From positions 16,998-80,997 of the forward strand of contig ASPA01000002.1 of NCBI GenBank assembly GCA_000405605.1: 64,000 nucleotides of DNA, read 5' to 3'. Positions 9,459 through 20,385 of this stretch are shown here, piece by piece. Below the pieces are notes generated by a model. That model saw nothing but the letters and a program-made list of their open reading frames with translations. It was not told the origin of the DNA and did no database searches. Numbering within the stretch: position 1 is the first letter of the stretch; every line of letters begins with the position of its first letter. This DNA comes from Atribacteria bacterium SCGC AAA255-G05 (GTDB lineage: Bacteria; Atribacterota; Phoenicimicrobiia; Phoenicimicrobiales; Phoenicimicrobiaceae). Made by a program: the position numbers and the translations under genes.

Positions 9459-10739
9459 GTGGGTTTATCATTAATTGTTATTTTATTTATAGCCTTTTTA
9501 TTGGGCATGCCCATAAGTTTTGCTTTAGGTGTAGTTTCCCTTTCCGCCATAATAATCCGAGGGTATCCTTTACCAGTGATAGTTCAAAAGATGTTCTCAG
9601 GCATCGATTCTTATTCGTTGATTGCGGTTCCTTTATTTATTTTTGCCGGAGATTTAATGGGGAAAGGCGGTATATCCAAAAGATTAGTAAAATTTTCTAA
9701 TGTGTTGGTTGGGCATTTACCCAGTGGCCTAGCCATGGTTGCCATAGTAGCTTGTATGTTTTTTGCTGCAGTTACAGGGTCTGCTATTGCTGCATCTGCA
9801 GCCATTGGGGGGATGTTAATTCCCGAGATGACTAAAGAGGGATATGATAAGAGCTTTAGCGCTTCTTTGATGGCTACCGGCGGATCGATAGGTCCCATAA
9901 TCCCTCCCAGTATTCCATTCCTTATTTACGGTACCTTAGTAAATGTATCAATTGCGAAACTTTTTATTGGAGGAGTGATCCCCGGAATTGCCATGGGGAT
10001 TGCTTTAATGATTTTTAGTTACTTTGTGGGCAAGAAGAGAAATTATAAATCGAGCATTGCTCGACGTGCTTCTTTCAAAGAGATTTTACAGAATATGCAA
10101 TCTGCCATTTTAGCCTTGCTGATGCCTATAATGATTATTGGGGGAATAATGGCAGGAATTTTTACTCCCTCAGAAGCAGGAGCTATTGCCGTAGTTTTTG
10201 CTTTCGTGGTAGGAAAGTTTATTTATAAAGACCTAAAATGGTCTGATTTACCTGGGACCCTAAAGCGATCAGCGATAACTACTGGAATTATACTATTTGT
10301 TTTGTGTAATGCCCGTGTATTTATGTGGTACCTCACTATCGAACAGATTCCTCAAAAATTGGCAGAAATTATGGTAGTTAATATCCACAGTAAATATGTT
10401 TTACTAGCAGTGATAAATATAATTTTATTGTTTGCGGGGACTTTTATTGATACGATTAGCAATATAGTTATATTTGTCCCCTTATTCTTGCCTATTGTTC
10501 AATTTTTTGGTATAGACTTAATTCACTTCGGAGTAATAGTGGCTGTAAATCTATCTATAGGGATGTGTACTCCTCCATTAGGCGTATGTATATTTACAAC
10601 TGCTTCAATTGCTAAAATTTCAGTTTCGGATATGTTTAGAGATCTTTTTCCTCAGATAGGTATATTATTAATAGTGTTGTTTATTATAACTTATATACCT
10701 AGCAGTGTGTTATTATTAGCAAATTTTTTAGGTCATTAA
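9459..10739 (+). CDS. dctM: TRAP transporter large permease (DctM family).
   Basis: 426-aa polytopic membrane protein with the typical DctM N-terminus. GTG start. Confidence 0.85.
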   Translation: MGLSLIVILFIAFLLGMPISFALGVVSLSAIIIRGYPLPVIVQKMFSGIDSYSLIAVPLFIFAGDLMGKGGISKRLVKFSNVLVGHLPSGLAMVAIVACMFFAAVTGSAIAASAAIGGMLIPEMTKEGYDKSFSASLMATGGSIGPIIPPSIPFLIYGTLVNVSIAKLFIGGVIPGIAMGIALMIFSYFVGKKRNYKSSIARRASFKEILQNMQSAILALLMPIMIIGGIMAGIFTPSEAGAIAVVFAFVVGKFIYKDLKWSDLPGTLKRSAITTGIILFVLCNARVFMWYLTIEQIPQKLAEIMVVNIHSKYVLLAVINIILLFAGTFIDTISNIVIFVPLFLPIVQFFGIDLIHFGVIVAVNLSIGMCTPPLGVCIFTTASIAKISVSDMFRDLFPQIGILLIVLFIITYIPSSVLLLANFLGH

Positions 10740-10762
10740 TAAGAAAGGAGGAGAAAAACATT

Positions 10763-11101
10763 ATGTCAAAAGAAGAAAAAGAATTTTTTAATCCCAACAA
10801 AGATATTATATGGAGAGCTTGTAAGGGTTATCCTCCAGGAATCTATGAACAAGTACTGTGCGAAGATAAAAAGGCACATACTTGGACTCGAATTGTAAAG
10901 TGGTGTGCTGGAGTAGATACACATGAAACATTAGCACATGATTGTTGGGAAGAAGTATATATCTTAGAAGGAGAGCTCATTGATACAAAAAAGAAAATTA
11001 TCTGTGGTAAAGGAATGTATGCTTGTAGACCACCAGGGATGAAACACGGTCCGTATATATCTCCAAAAGGATGTTTGTTATTAGAAATTAGGTATAAATA
11101 G
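10763..11101 (+). CDS. Small cupin-fold protein.
   Basis: 112-aa protein. 'HETLAHDCWEEVYILEGEL…GMKHGPY' looks like a cupin beta-barrel metal site. Ribosome-binding site GGAGGAG. Confidence 0.5.
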   Translation: MSKEEKEFFNPNKDIIWRACKGYPPGIYEQVLCEDKKAHTWTRIVKWCAGVDTHETLAHDCWEEVYILEGELIDTKKKIICGKGMYACRPPGMKHGPYISPKGCLLLEIRYK

Positions 11102-12086
11102 AAATTAAGTATATTAAATAATTGGTTATCTATGACAAGTGACAATTCTTTGATACACTTTTTATTGCCCAGTTACCATGTTAACCGTTTTCTAGTTGAC
11201 TAAAACTTAAAACAATAAGAGATGCTTTGTATAACTTAGGATTATATGGATATGATGATATGGAATTGGAAGTAATAAAAGACCTGAAGATATTAATTAT
11301 AGAATATTACGAAGATTTAAAAAATGAAAGAGAATTGAGTCAAACTTTAAAAAGAATGATGGTTTATTATGAAGAAATAATAGAAGAAAAGTAATATACA
11401 ATTTAAAAAAATAGAGTTACAGCGATAATTAATAAATTACAGATAGAATATAGTCAAAAAAGCATAATTATGAATTGCTTAAATATAAAGGGAACCTATT
11501 TTACCAGTATATTTTTCTCATAGTAGAAGAGATATGCCAAGAAAACTTTCAGATAAATTTAGACAATCTTTAAAAATTAATGGGGATAATTTTGAGAATT
11601 TAAAAAATTGTTATGTTAGCAGAGAAGATTATATCGAAATTCTAAAAGAAAAATGACTTATACAATAATTGAATAAAATAGTAAAATATTCACCAAAATC
11701 CTTGCTTTAAGAAAGTAGGGATTTTTATTATTACTTGAAGTATTAGATTTTTAAAGAGTGTGTATTAAGTAGATGAAAGGTGGGAGGGGTTCTGATCATA
11801 ATATAATATGATTGTAAAGAAAAATAAAAAGGCGGTGAAAACTGCTCTTTATTAATTATAACTATATTTTGCATGGAAGGGGGTCCTTCTTGTATCAGGA
11901 AGGATTCCTTTCTATTTTAATATAATAACGAGCAATTAAAAGGATACCAAAGAAAAAAGAACCTTTATGTATTAAAGAAGCTGATAATGCTCTAATGTTG
12001 ACTAATACATGGAAATATGATAATATATTCATATACTTCTTGGTTTTACTTGATTCAAAATCCATAAAAAAGGAGGTGAAAAATAA

Positions 12087-12314
12087 ATGGCCACAGTAAT
12101 CACTGTTCCCCGTGATTCATCCTTACAGTTCAGACTGGTAGTAGGTACCAATCCGGGTACCGGAGCTCCTACCATCAACAGCAAGACCTTTGGTAATATT
12201 AAATCAACTGCCTTAGATCAAGATGCCTATGATACAGCTACCGCTTTAGTAGGTTTGCAGAAGTATACTGTAGATGAAATCAGACTTGGAAAAGAATCCC
12301 AACTTACTGAATAG
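12087..12314 (+). CDS. DUF1659-like small protein.
   Basis: 75 aa with strong ribosome-binding site AAAGGAGGTG. Pattern 'L.F..G.…G.P…K.F.N.K…L……D.A.AL.GLQ' matches the Firmicutes DUF1659 family from memory. Confidence 0.5.
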   Translation: MATVITVPRDSSLQFRLVVGTNPGTGAPTINSKTFGNIKSTALDQDAYDTATALVGLQKYTVDEIRLGKESQLTE

Positions 12315-12454
12315 CAAATTAGTCGTTGTGGATAGTGAATAGCCGTTAGCAGGGAAGGGGGGATAATAGCAAAGGAACGGCTAATAACTAAAACTAAAAA
12401 CCGATAACAGATTTACCAGATGGTAAATCCTTAAAAAGGAGGTGAAAAAAAATA

Positions 12455-12727
12455 ATGGCTACCGAATTAGGGGATGTAACTAGTTACAAAAGACTCTATC
12501 TGCAATTCAGGGATAGTGCTGCAAAAACTGTCAACCTCACTTTGGACAATCCCAAAAATTTAGATGATGGAGATTATGCAGACTTAGCTGCACAAGATGC
12601 AGCTATAGAAGGAGTTATGGATACGATTATCGCTAAGAACGTCTTCCATAATAGCGGCAATGACCTAGTGGCTAAAGTCAATGCCAGAATCCTTGATTAT
12701 AAGTCTACTGATGTTGTGGATGTATAA
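12455..12727 (+). CDS. DUF2922-like small protein.
   Basis: 90 aa with the same AAAGGAGGTG ribosome-binding site. It carries 'MDTIIAKNVF', the hallmark of DUF2922. It is paired with a DUF1659 protein, as is usual. Confidence 0.5.
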   Translation: MATELGDVTSYKRLYLQFRDSAAKTVNLTLDNPKNLDDGDYADLAAQDAAIEGVMDTIIAKNVFHNSGNDLVAKVNARILDYKSTDVVDV

Positions 12728-12798
12728 CTTTAATATATTGTAATATTTCTCCTTGGAAGGGCCGCGGACCTTCCCTGGGAGATAGAAAGGAGCAATAA

Positions 12799-13161
12799 AT
12801 GTTAGAAGGTTTTATCACGAAATATCTATTAGATTTCACTCTGGTTTTTCTGGTTGGCCTGGCCTCTAAATTTATGATCAATAAGTTTGGCCAGGATAGG
12901 ACAGATAAAATAAAAGAGGCCATTCTGGCAGCTATGCTTTGGGCAGAGGAAGAACTTGGCATAGGAAACGGTGAGGAAAAATGGAAAATAGCCTGGGTAA
13001 AGTTGATTGAAATATTGAAGAAACAAAAGGTTGAATTAAAAGAGGGTGAAATATCCTATGTAAAGGATCTGATGAAGGCTACTGTCCCGGAGGTGAACGA
13101 AATTATTTATAAGGCCATGCCTGATGTCGTAAGGAACGGCAGGACCTTAAAATATAAATAA
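12799..13161 (+). CDS. Putative phage holin (LL-H-like).
   Basis: 120 aa with an N-terminal transmembrane helix and a charged C-terminus. It lies immediately upstream of a peptidase M15 gene, the typical holin-endolysin order. Confidence 0.4.
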   Translation: MLEGFITKYLLDFTLVFLVGLASKFMINKFGQDRTDKIKEAILAAMLWAEEELGIGNGEEKWKIAWVKLIEILKKQKVELKEGEISYVKDLMKATVPEVNEIIYKAMPDVVRNGRTLKYK

Positions 13162-13554
13162 ATGATGGGTATAATTAATGATATAGAATTAACTGAATAT
13201 TTTTCTTTATATGAGTTTGAGTGTCCCTGCTGTAAGCGGGTTATGCTGTCTCCGGACCTTTTTGCCAGGTTAAATCATTTAAGGATGGTGATAAATAGGC
13301 CAGTATATATCAACTCCGGATACCGGTGTCCGGAGGAAAATCATAAGGTAGGAGGAGTTCCCGGTTCTTATCATCTCCTAGGTATGGCGGTAGATATTCA
13401 TGTAAAGGATTATTTGCTTTATGATCTTCTCCTATTTGCTCAGGAAATAGGATTTAATGGTATTGGATTTTATGAAAAGAAAGATTTCTTACATCTCGAT
13501 ATGAGGCCTGGACCAAAACGCTTTTGGAAAGGAAAAGAATTAATTGGATATTGA
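13162..13554 (+). CDS. Peptidase M15A family (D-Ala-D-Ala carboxypeptidase/endolysin-like, YcbK-like).
   Basis: 'SGYRCPEENHKVGGVPGSYHLLGMAVDIHV' is the M15 zinc-binding signature. Confidence 0.7.
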   Translation: MMGIINDIELTEYFSLYEFECPCCKRVMLSPDLFARLNHLRMVINRPVYINSGYRCPEENHKVGGVPGSYHLLGMAVDIHVKDYLLYDLLLFAQEIGFNGIGFYEKKDFLHLDMRPGPKRFWKGKELIGY

Positions 13555-13747
13555 ATATGTACTAAAGTTAATAGCAAATAATGGGTTTCCTCTGGTGCTT
13601 TCTATCTACCTGGTATATAAATTGGAATTTTTTATTACCGAAATCATCAAAAATCAAAAGGAATTTTCCCAGGATATTACTGCTGAAATCAAAGAAATTA
13701 AGAAAACAATCAATGATCTACGCGTAGATTTTGCAAGAAATCAATGA
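13544..13747 (+). CDS. BhlA/UviB-family holin-like small membrane protein.
   Basis: 67 aa. Its N-terminus 'MDIEYVLKLIANNGFPLVLSIYLVYKLEFF' matches the BhlA pattern (M..E…L….G.F..L..YLL). It overlaps the M15 stop codon by 11 nt. Confidence 0.45.
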   Translation: MDIEYVLKLIANNGFPLVLSIYLVYKLEFFITEIIKNQKEFSQDITAEIKEIKKTINDLRVDFARNQ

Positions 13748-14515
13748 AACCATTGAAAAATAAGGGTTTTAGCGTTTTTTAAAAAAGCTTCGTATTTGGC
13801 GTATATGAGGTGTATTTAAAAAATACGATGAATTATACCAACGCTCTTAAAACAGGGGCTTAAAACAGGCTTAAATAAGATGTTATTTTTCATGATTTAT
13901 GAAATACCCCGTTTATATCCTTATTTCCTCCTGTATACTCTCTTTATCTTCTGTATTCTCTTCATTTCTTACATATTTGCCTTTGCGTTGCACATAGACA
14001 GGTTTGCAAGAAATTATATTAAAATGCTAAACTTTCAATTAGCTTTTTTAGTTAAATTGACATATAAAACAATATAGTTATTATAGCCATTCATAATAGT
14101 CAATTTCAACATACCTACAGAGTGTTTCTAAAGGTGCTTCTTTAAAAAGATTATCAGATATTTCCACTTCCTTAAGCTCTCATCTAAGAATTCTCTTTCA
14201 ACTTTTCTGTCAAGCACGATATTTCCTCCTATCAATGACTGAATTGAATTTAGATTAAACTCAACCTTGCTCGAGCGTCTAGAATAAATATTAGATCCCA
14301 TTTACTTTCCTCTAAAGTAAGATTCTGGCATAAGGATGAGTTTTTAGGTATGTAAAAAGTTAAAAATATTGAGCTTAATTTAGTCCACTTTTGAAATGTA
14401 ACTAACAAATCACAGTTTGACTTGACAAATATAAAAAAGTATTTTATTATATAATAAATTGTTTTGCATATAACAAAACGATTATTATAATAAAATTAAA
14501 TAGTAAGGATCCTAA

Positions 14516-15301
14516 ATGGAAAATAAAGCAATTTATATTAATAAATCATTAGTAAAGGCATTAACTATCATAGATTTATTTGATGACCACATACAAAAAT
14601 TATCTGAAAAAGAAATAGCTGATAAATTGAGTTCTACATCAAGTACAGTTTACCCTATATTATTCACATTTGAAAAATATGGATATCTTGAAAGAAGTAA
14701 AAAAGATAAAAAATATAGTATCGGATTAGCATTTTTAAGAAAAGGAAATTTAGTATTAAAAAAATTAGATATTCGCAACTGTGCGCAACCATTTTTAGAA
14801 CAATTGATGTTATCTTGCAATGAAAATGTTCACTTAGCAATGCTGGATAATGGAAAGGTTATGTATATTGATAGAAAAGAGGCAGGACAGAGTCTTATGA
14901 TTCGTTCTTACATTGGTAAAAAGGTACCAGCAAATTGTACTGCTTTAGGGAAAGCAATGATCGCCTTTTTAGAAGAACAAGAACTAGAAGTTTTTTTAGA
15001 AAAAGAGGAATTAGTTCGAATGACAGAAAACAGTATTGTGGATGCAAATGATCTGAAAGCTGAATTAGAAAAAGTAAGGCGCAATGGATATGCAATTGAA
15101 ATTGAAGAATTTCAAAAAGGGGGAGTTTGTTTAGCTGCTCCCATAAGGAACCATATAGGAAATGTAATTGCAGCTATAAGTATTTCAGTTCCAAAGAGTA
15201 GATTTTTAGATTTAGATAATAATACATCAAAAGAGCTCATTAAAGAAATAAAAAACACAGCTTTAAATATTTCTAAAAACATGGGTTATTTAGAAGACTA
15301 A
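14516..15301 (+). CDS. IclR-family transcriptional regulator (KdgR-like).
   Basis: N-terminal winged helix-turn-helix and a C-terminal IclR effector domain. It sits upstream of the eda/kdgK genes. Confidence 0.85.
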   Translation: MENKAIYINKSLVKALTIIDLFDDHIQKLSEKEIADKLSSTSSTVYPILFTFEKYGYLERSKKDKKYSIGLAFLRKGNLVLKKLDIRNCAQPFLEQLMLSCNENVHLAMLDNGKVMYIDRKEAGQSLMIRSYIGKKVPANCTALGKAMIAFLEEQELEVFLEKEELVRMTENSIVDANDLKAELEKVRRNGYAIEIEEFQKGGVCLAAPIRNHIGNVIAAISISVPKSRFLDLDNNTSKELIKEIKNTALNISKNMGYLED

Positions 15302-15325
15302 TAAATAATTGGGAGAGCAATCATA

Positions 15326-15994
15326 ATGAAAGCTAATACATTAGATATTATTAAAAAGAATAGAGTCATAGTAGTTATCAGGTTGAACGAATCAAGGAAA
15401 ATATTAAAAATAGTAGAAGCACTTATGAAAGGTGGTATTAAATGTCTCGAAATAACGTGTACAGTACCTAATGCCTTGAAAATTATTAAAGAGATTAGTG
15501 AAAATATAGGGCAAAACTTTAGGGTGGGGGCTGGGACTGTTCTGAATTCAGAAATAGCAAGAGCAGCAATTTATGCAGGCGCCGAATTTATAGTTGCACC
15601 AAACACAAACCATGAAGTAATCAATGTTTGTAAAAAATGCGACAAAGTTATTATCCCTGGAGCATTTACTCCTACAGAAATTTTTAATGCTTGGGAGAAG
15701 GGAGCAGACATTGTAAAAGTTTTTCCTGCTAGTTATTTTGGACCTAAATATTTTGTTGACATTAAGGGGCCTTACCCGCAAATTAATTTAATGCCTACAG
15801 GTGGAGTAAGTATAGAGAATGCAGCTGATTTTATTCAATCAGGTGCCTATGCTGTTTCTATTGGAAAGGATCTGCTTAATAATGATGCTATAACAAAAGA
15901 TAAATTCGATATTATTACCGAGAATGCTAAGAGGTTAGTCGAAAAAATTAACGAAGTTAAAGATGTTAAAAACGGAAATAATAATATAACTTAA
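15326..15994 (+). CDS. eda: 2-dehydro-3-deoxyphosphogluconate / 4-hydroxy-2-oxoglutarate aldolase.
   Basis: 'GIKCLEITCTVP', 'VGAGTVLN' and 'VSIG' motifs of KDPG aldolases. Confidence 0.8.
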   Translation: MKANTLDIIKKNRVIVVIRLNESRKILKIVEALMKGGIKCLEITCTVPNALKIIKEISENIGQNFRVGAGTVLNSEIARAAIYAGAEFIVAPNTNHEVINVCKKCDKVIIPGAFTPTEIFNAWEKGADIVKVFPASYFGPKYFVDIKGPYPQINLMPTGGVSIENAADFIQSGAYAVSIGKDLLNNDAITKDKFDIITENAKRLVEKINEVKDVKNGNNNIT

Positions 15995-16104
15995 AAATAC
16001 AAAATGTTTACATTAAACATTTATTATTCTATAAAAAGCACTTGCACGCTATTAAAGAAAGTATATGAATTTACAAATAAAAAACTAAAAGGAAAGTTAT
16101 AAAG

Positions 16105-17109
16105 ATGTATGATTTAGTTACATTTGGTGAAATGCTATTAAGATTAGGTGCACCAAACTTTCAGAAAATTGAACAAGCGAACTATTTTAATATAGGAATT
16201 ACTGGTGCTGAGATGAATGCCTGTACTGTTACAAGCCGTTTTGGCTTAAAAACAGCTCATATAACAAAACTACCAAGAAACCCCTTAGGGCGAATGGTTA
16301 TTAATAAAATACGCGAACAAGGCATTGATATATCCCATATAGTCTGGTCAGAAGGTGGTAGAGTAGGATTATTTTATCTTGAATTTGGTGCAATGCCCAG
16401 AGTAAATTCAGTTATATATGATAGAGCAAATTCGACAATGAGCGAAATTAAACCAGGAGAAGTTAATTGGAATTCAATATTTAAAGGGACTAAAGTTTTT
16501 TGTGTCTGTGGTACACTGCCTGCTTTAAGTGATTCTGCTGCTGAGGCAACTAAGGAAGCACTTATTGCTGCGAAGAATAATAATGTAGAAGTAAATTTTG
16601 ATCTTAATTACAGAGCCAAGTTGTGGTCAGAAGAAAAGGCACAAGAGGTTCTTGCCCCACTTATGAAATATTGTGATATTTTAATTACTACCGAAGAAGA
16701 TATTTTCAGAGTATTTAAAATTAAAGAGGACAATCATAAGTCAACTGCTAAAAGGCTTCAGGAGAAGTTTGGTTTTAAGGTAGTTGTTATTACCTTAAGG
16801 GAAAATCTAACTGTTTTGAAAAATAACTGGTCAGCTATCGCTTATTCCGATGGGCAATTTTATGATGATTTAACTTATGAAATAGAACTTGTTGACCGGG
16901 TTGGTGGAGGTGATGCATTTACTGGTGGTTTCCTTTATGCATATATAAAGTTTGATAAGGATATCAAGAAATGTCTTAAGTATGGCAATGCATCGAGCGC
17001 ATTAAAACAAACGATACCAGGAGATTTAAATTGGAGTACACTTGAAGAAGTTGAAGAGCTAATAAAGCGTGGTTCAGGAGCGGGGATGAGTTTAAGAATT
17101 AAAAGATAA
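16105..17109 (+). CDS. kdgK: PfkB-family sugar kinase (2-dehydro-3-deoxygluconokinase-like).
   Basis: 'DRVGGGDAFTGGFLYA' ribokinase-family ATP motif. Located next to eda. Confidence 0.75.
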   Translation: MYDLVTFGEMLLRLGAPNFQKIEQANYFNIGITGAEMNACTVTSRFGLKTAHITKLPRNPLGRMVINKIREQGIDISHIVWSEGGRVGLFYLEFGAMPRVNSVIYDRANSTMSEIKPGEVNWNSIFKGTKVFCVCGTLPALSDSAAEATKEALIAAKNNNVEVNFDLNYRAKLWSEEKAQEVLAPLMKYCDILITTEEDIFRVFKIKEDNHKSTAKRLQEKFGFKVVVITLRENLTVLKNNWSAIAYSDGQFYDDLTYEIELVDRVGGGDAFTGGFLYAYIKFDKDIKKCLKYGNASSALKQTIPGDLNWSTLEEVEELIKRGSGAGMSLRIKR

Positions 17110-17446
17110 TTTTTTAAAAATAAGTTATTCTTTCTTTATCATGAGCTTTTCTCTTTGTCTTAAAAAGTAAAAATTATTTATTTTTGCTCAGTCGATTATA
17201 TAAGGCAAAGATACGTCCTGATTATAATCTTTTTTTTAAATATCTTTAATGCTGAATTAATCATAAGAATATCTTGCCGAGAAAGTGCAAAATAAAGGCT
17301 TTCAAAATTTTCCGAAAGACTCATTGTTCGCATTGAAGGGAGGTGAAGGGAGAGTAAAAATTATTTGTATTGGTTAGTCAGTCAATATTGTTTTTAACAG
17401 GATGAAAGAAATAAACTAAAATAAAATTTAAATATGGAGGTTTATA

Positions 17447-18715
17447 ATGAAAAAAAATATTATATTATTACTGATTATAATTTTTGTGATTTGCGTTATC
17501 ACATCTCCTTTGTTTGCTCAGGAAAAAAAGGAGGAGGTTATTGAATTGGAGTTTCCATCATGGCAGTGGAGTGAAACTGGGTATAGGGATTGGTTTCAGC
17601 TTGCAGCAGATGAGTTTACGAAAGCTAATCCTGGTATACGTATTAAGGCAACTACTATCCCAAGTGGAGCTAACTATAATGAGTACATGATTATACGTTA
17701 TGAAGCTAATGATATTCCTGAAATAAATCATGTACAGGGAGCACGGTTCCATCAGTTCTATAAGGCGGGATACTTAGAGTCACTCGATGGATATCCTGGA
17801 TTTAAAGAACTTAAATCAAAATTCCTTGAGAATTTTTGGGATTTTTCAGTTGTTGACGGTCAGCAATTTTTTATTCCCATGTCCACCTACAGCAAGTTGT
17901 TATTTTATAATAAAGAAATGTTTGACGAAGCAGGTGTTTCCTATCCTGAGACTTGGAATTCTCTAGATGACCTTGTAATAGCAGCAAAGAAATTGACTAA
18001 AACAAAAGAGAGTGGTGAGAAACAGTATGGTTATTCATGTGCTTCAAGTGGCGATAGAATCTACTTATATGGTTGGTTACCATTAGTTTTATGCCAAGGA
18101 GTTAACATTACTACGAATGGTGTGCCTACGGCCACTTCCCCAGAGGTAATAAAAGCGATATCAGTATTAAGAGATCTCATTGTTTCAGGTGCAACTGCTC
18201 CAGGAATCAATTCAACACAGATGCGTCAACTTTTCTGGGAAGAAAAAGCTGCAATGTTGTATGATGGTCCATGGGTGTATTCTACTATAAAAGAATTAAA
18301 TCCCAATATGATTTCCTATCTTGGTTTGGCAGGACTCCCTGGCTTCCAGGCGACTGGTATCAGTAATGGGTTCAGCATTATTAAAAACCAAAAATACAAG
18401 GATGAAGCATGGAAGTTTATTATGTTCATGAATTCTGAGCGAATGGTAAAAGCATATTCTGAAATGACAGGACTTATTTTGCCACAAAATATACCGATTA
18501 CTGAAAAAGCTATTGAAAACTTCCCTTCATTGATAAAAGTTCAAGAATATATGCCTGAAGGGATAGATAGTAATCCCGTGGGGATGGAAGAGTATGTAGG
18601 GGCTATAACAAATATTGTTTACCCAATATTGGAAGAGGTATTCTATAGTGGACTGACACCAGAGGCGGGAGCAGAACAGATCCAGAAAGAGTTGGAAGAA
18701 TTGAATAAAAACTGA
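17447..18715 (+). CDS. ABC transporter substrate-binding protein (family 1, sugar-type).
   Basis: Signal peptide and typical SBP_bac_1 architecture. Two permease genes lie downstream. Confidence 0.8.
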   Translation: MKKNIILLLIIIFVICVITSPLFAQEKKEEVIELEFPSWQWSETGYRDWFQLAADEFTKANPGIRIKATTIPSGANYNEYMIIRYEANDIPEINHVQGARFHQFYKAGYLESLDGYPGFKELKSKFLENFWDFSVVDGQQFFIPMSTYSKLLFYNKEMFDEAGVSYPETWNSLDDLVIAAKKLTKTKESGEKQYGYSCASSGDRIYLYGWLPLVLCQGVNITTNGVPTATSPEVIKAISVLRDLIVSGATAPGINSTQMRQLFWEEKAAMLYDGPWVYSTIKELNPNMISYLGLAGLPGFQATGISNGFSIIKNQKYKDEAWKFIMFMNSERMVKAYSEMTGLILPQNIPITEKAIENFPSLIKVQEYMPEGIDSNPVGMEEYVGAITNIVYPILEEVFYSGLTPEAGAEQIQKELEELNKN

Positions 18716-18824
18716 AAGCGCTACTAAATAAAAATAAAGTATGCAACGATTTAAGGCGGGTGGCAAGTAACCATTGCTACCCGCCTCCATTCATTGCTTA
18801 CACATTTCAGGAGGTATGATAAGA

Positions 18825-20147
18825 ATGAAGAATAATAAGCTTTTTAATATTGTTGCCCCGATAATTGGAGAACCTGAAGTGTTAGTATGCGGTTTAGGCA
18901 GCGCCGGCATTGCTGCTGCATTGTCAGCTGCAAGAACAGGCGCAGAAGTCATGGCTGTTGAGAAATTGCCTTATGCTGGCGGTACAATAACGGGTTCAAA
19001 TGTAACCGGTTGTTGTGGCATTGCAGACATGATTTCCGGAGAATTAGCAGTAGGTGGAATTGCTCTTGAACTTCTCCAAAAAACTGGTAGGCTACCGAAT
19101 CCTCTTCAAAGTAAAAAGCTTTTTCAACCGATTACGGATCAGGAGAATATTGATCAAGGAACAATAAAAAAAATACCAATACGATGGAATACAGAAACTT
19201 TAAAATTAACTGCTGATCAGTTACTAAAGGAAAGTAGAGTATCTGTGCTTTATCACAGTATGATTATCGGTGTTGATACCTATGATGGCTCTTGTACTAC
19301 GGTATATATTTCTAATAAGGATGGTGTAAGGGCAATATGTCCCAGAATTGTGATTGATTGCACTGGAGATGGGGATATTGCTTTATTATGTGGAGCTGGA
19401 TTCGAAAAAGACAATAATTTACAGCCCCTAACACTCCAGTTCACCATTGGTAATATTCAGATAACGTGTGCTGATTATATTACCAAGATGTGCAGTACAG
19501 TACTTAAAAAAGCAAAAAATCAAGGGTATCTTGAGAGTTATGGTGGGCCATGGCTGGTTTTTTCTGATAGAGAAAAAAAGATCACGGTCAATGCTGTACG
19601 TCTTAATTATGATGCCAGTAATGCGAGCCAGCTAACTTTGGCAGAAATAGAGGGTCGGCGTGATGCATGGATGATGTTTAATCTCTGGAAGAGAGAAATA
19701 AATGAGTTCTCTGAGTCTTATTTCCTCAATAGCGGCCCATCTGTCGGAGTAAGAGAGACTCGGAGAATAAAAGGACTTTACACTCTTACTGCTGAAGATA
19801 TCAGAAAGTGCAGATCTTTTCCGGATTCAGTTGCAAAAGGTGCTTGGTACCTTGACAGGCATCCCAAAGGAAAGGTTGGATATCATCATCATGAAATCGT
19901 TCCAGCATATAAAATTCCGTTCAGAACTCTAGTACCAGTAGGTTTGAAGAATATTTTTGTCGCTGGAAGATGTCATTCAGTCACTTCGGAAGCTCTATCT
20001 TCAACTCGAGTTGCTGCAACTGCAATGGCTATGGGACATGCTGTGGGTATTGCTGCCGCAATATGTTCTAATATGAATGTATCCGCTGCAGAAGTAGATA
20101 TAAGCAAACTTCAAAGTATTCTTTTTGAGCAAGATGCAATATTTTAA
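18825..20147 (+). CDS. FAD-dependent oxidoreductase (FAD_oxidored, PF12831-like).
   Basis: GxGxxG Rossmann motif 'VCGLGSAGIAAALSAARTGAEVMAVEK'. ATG at 18825 lies 10 nt after CAGGAGG. The ORF track extends upstream to 18774. Confidence 0.7.
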   Translation: MKNNKLFNIVAPIIGEPEVLVCGLGSAGIAAALSAARTGAEVMAVEKLPYAGGTITGSNVTGCCGIADMISGELAVGGIALELLQKTGRLPNPLQSKKLFQPITDQENIDQGTIKKIPIRWNTETLKLTADQLLKESRVSVLYHSMIIGVDTYDGSCTTVYISNKDGVRAICPRIVIDCTGDGDIALLCGAGFEKDNNLQPLTLQFTIGNIQITCADYITKMCSTVLKKAKNQGYLESYGGPWLVFSDREKKITVNAVRLNYDASNASQLTLAEIEGRRDAWMMFNLWKREINEFSESYFLNSGPSVGVRETRRIKGLYTLTAEDIRKCRSFPDSVAKGAWYLDRHPKGKVGYHHHEIVPAYKIPFRTLVPVGLKNIFVAGRCHSVTSEALSSTRVAATAMAMGHAVGIAAAICSNMNVSAAEVDISKLQSILFEQDAIF

Positions 20148-20385
20148 AATAGAGCAAAGGAAGTATATTTCAGCACCTAAAAATATTGCAGTTTTTGTTT
20201 TTGGAGAATTCTCCGTTTGAACAGCACAGGTATTATCCATAGAATTGTATCTCTGGCGCTGGAAGCCTCAAAGAGTAGCTGATATTACAGCTGAGGTAAC
20301 ATGCCTGAAACATATGGTGCAAGGTAACTTCAATCTTGTCACTAAAGGAAAAGTTTTAGAATTAGTAAAAAGAGGACATATTAAA

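Noticed and set aside
9419-9700. 93-aa ORF overlapping the dctQ/dctM junction
   Set aside because: It lies in an alternative frame of dctM and has low-complexity composition. dctM with a GTG start explains the region.
14250-14420. 56-aa minus-strand ORF (MGSNIYSRRSSKVEF…) with an AGAGGAAAG ribosome-binding site upstream of the IclR gene
   Set aside because: It is below a reliable size and no family was recognised. It could be a small protein or a transposase scrap. Evidence is insufficient to call.
20245-20385. N-terminal 47 codons of the supplied 352-aa permease ORF
   Set aside because: This part has no transmembrane character and no ribosome-binding site. It overlaps the end of the upstream gene region. 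A TTG at 20386 with an AAAGAGGA ribosome-binding site gives a canonical MalF-like N-terminus.
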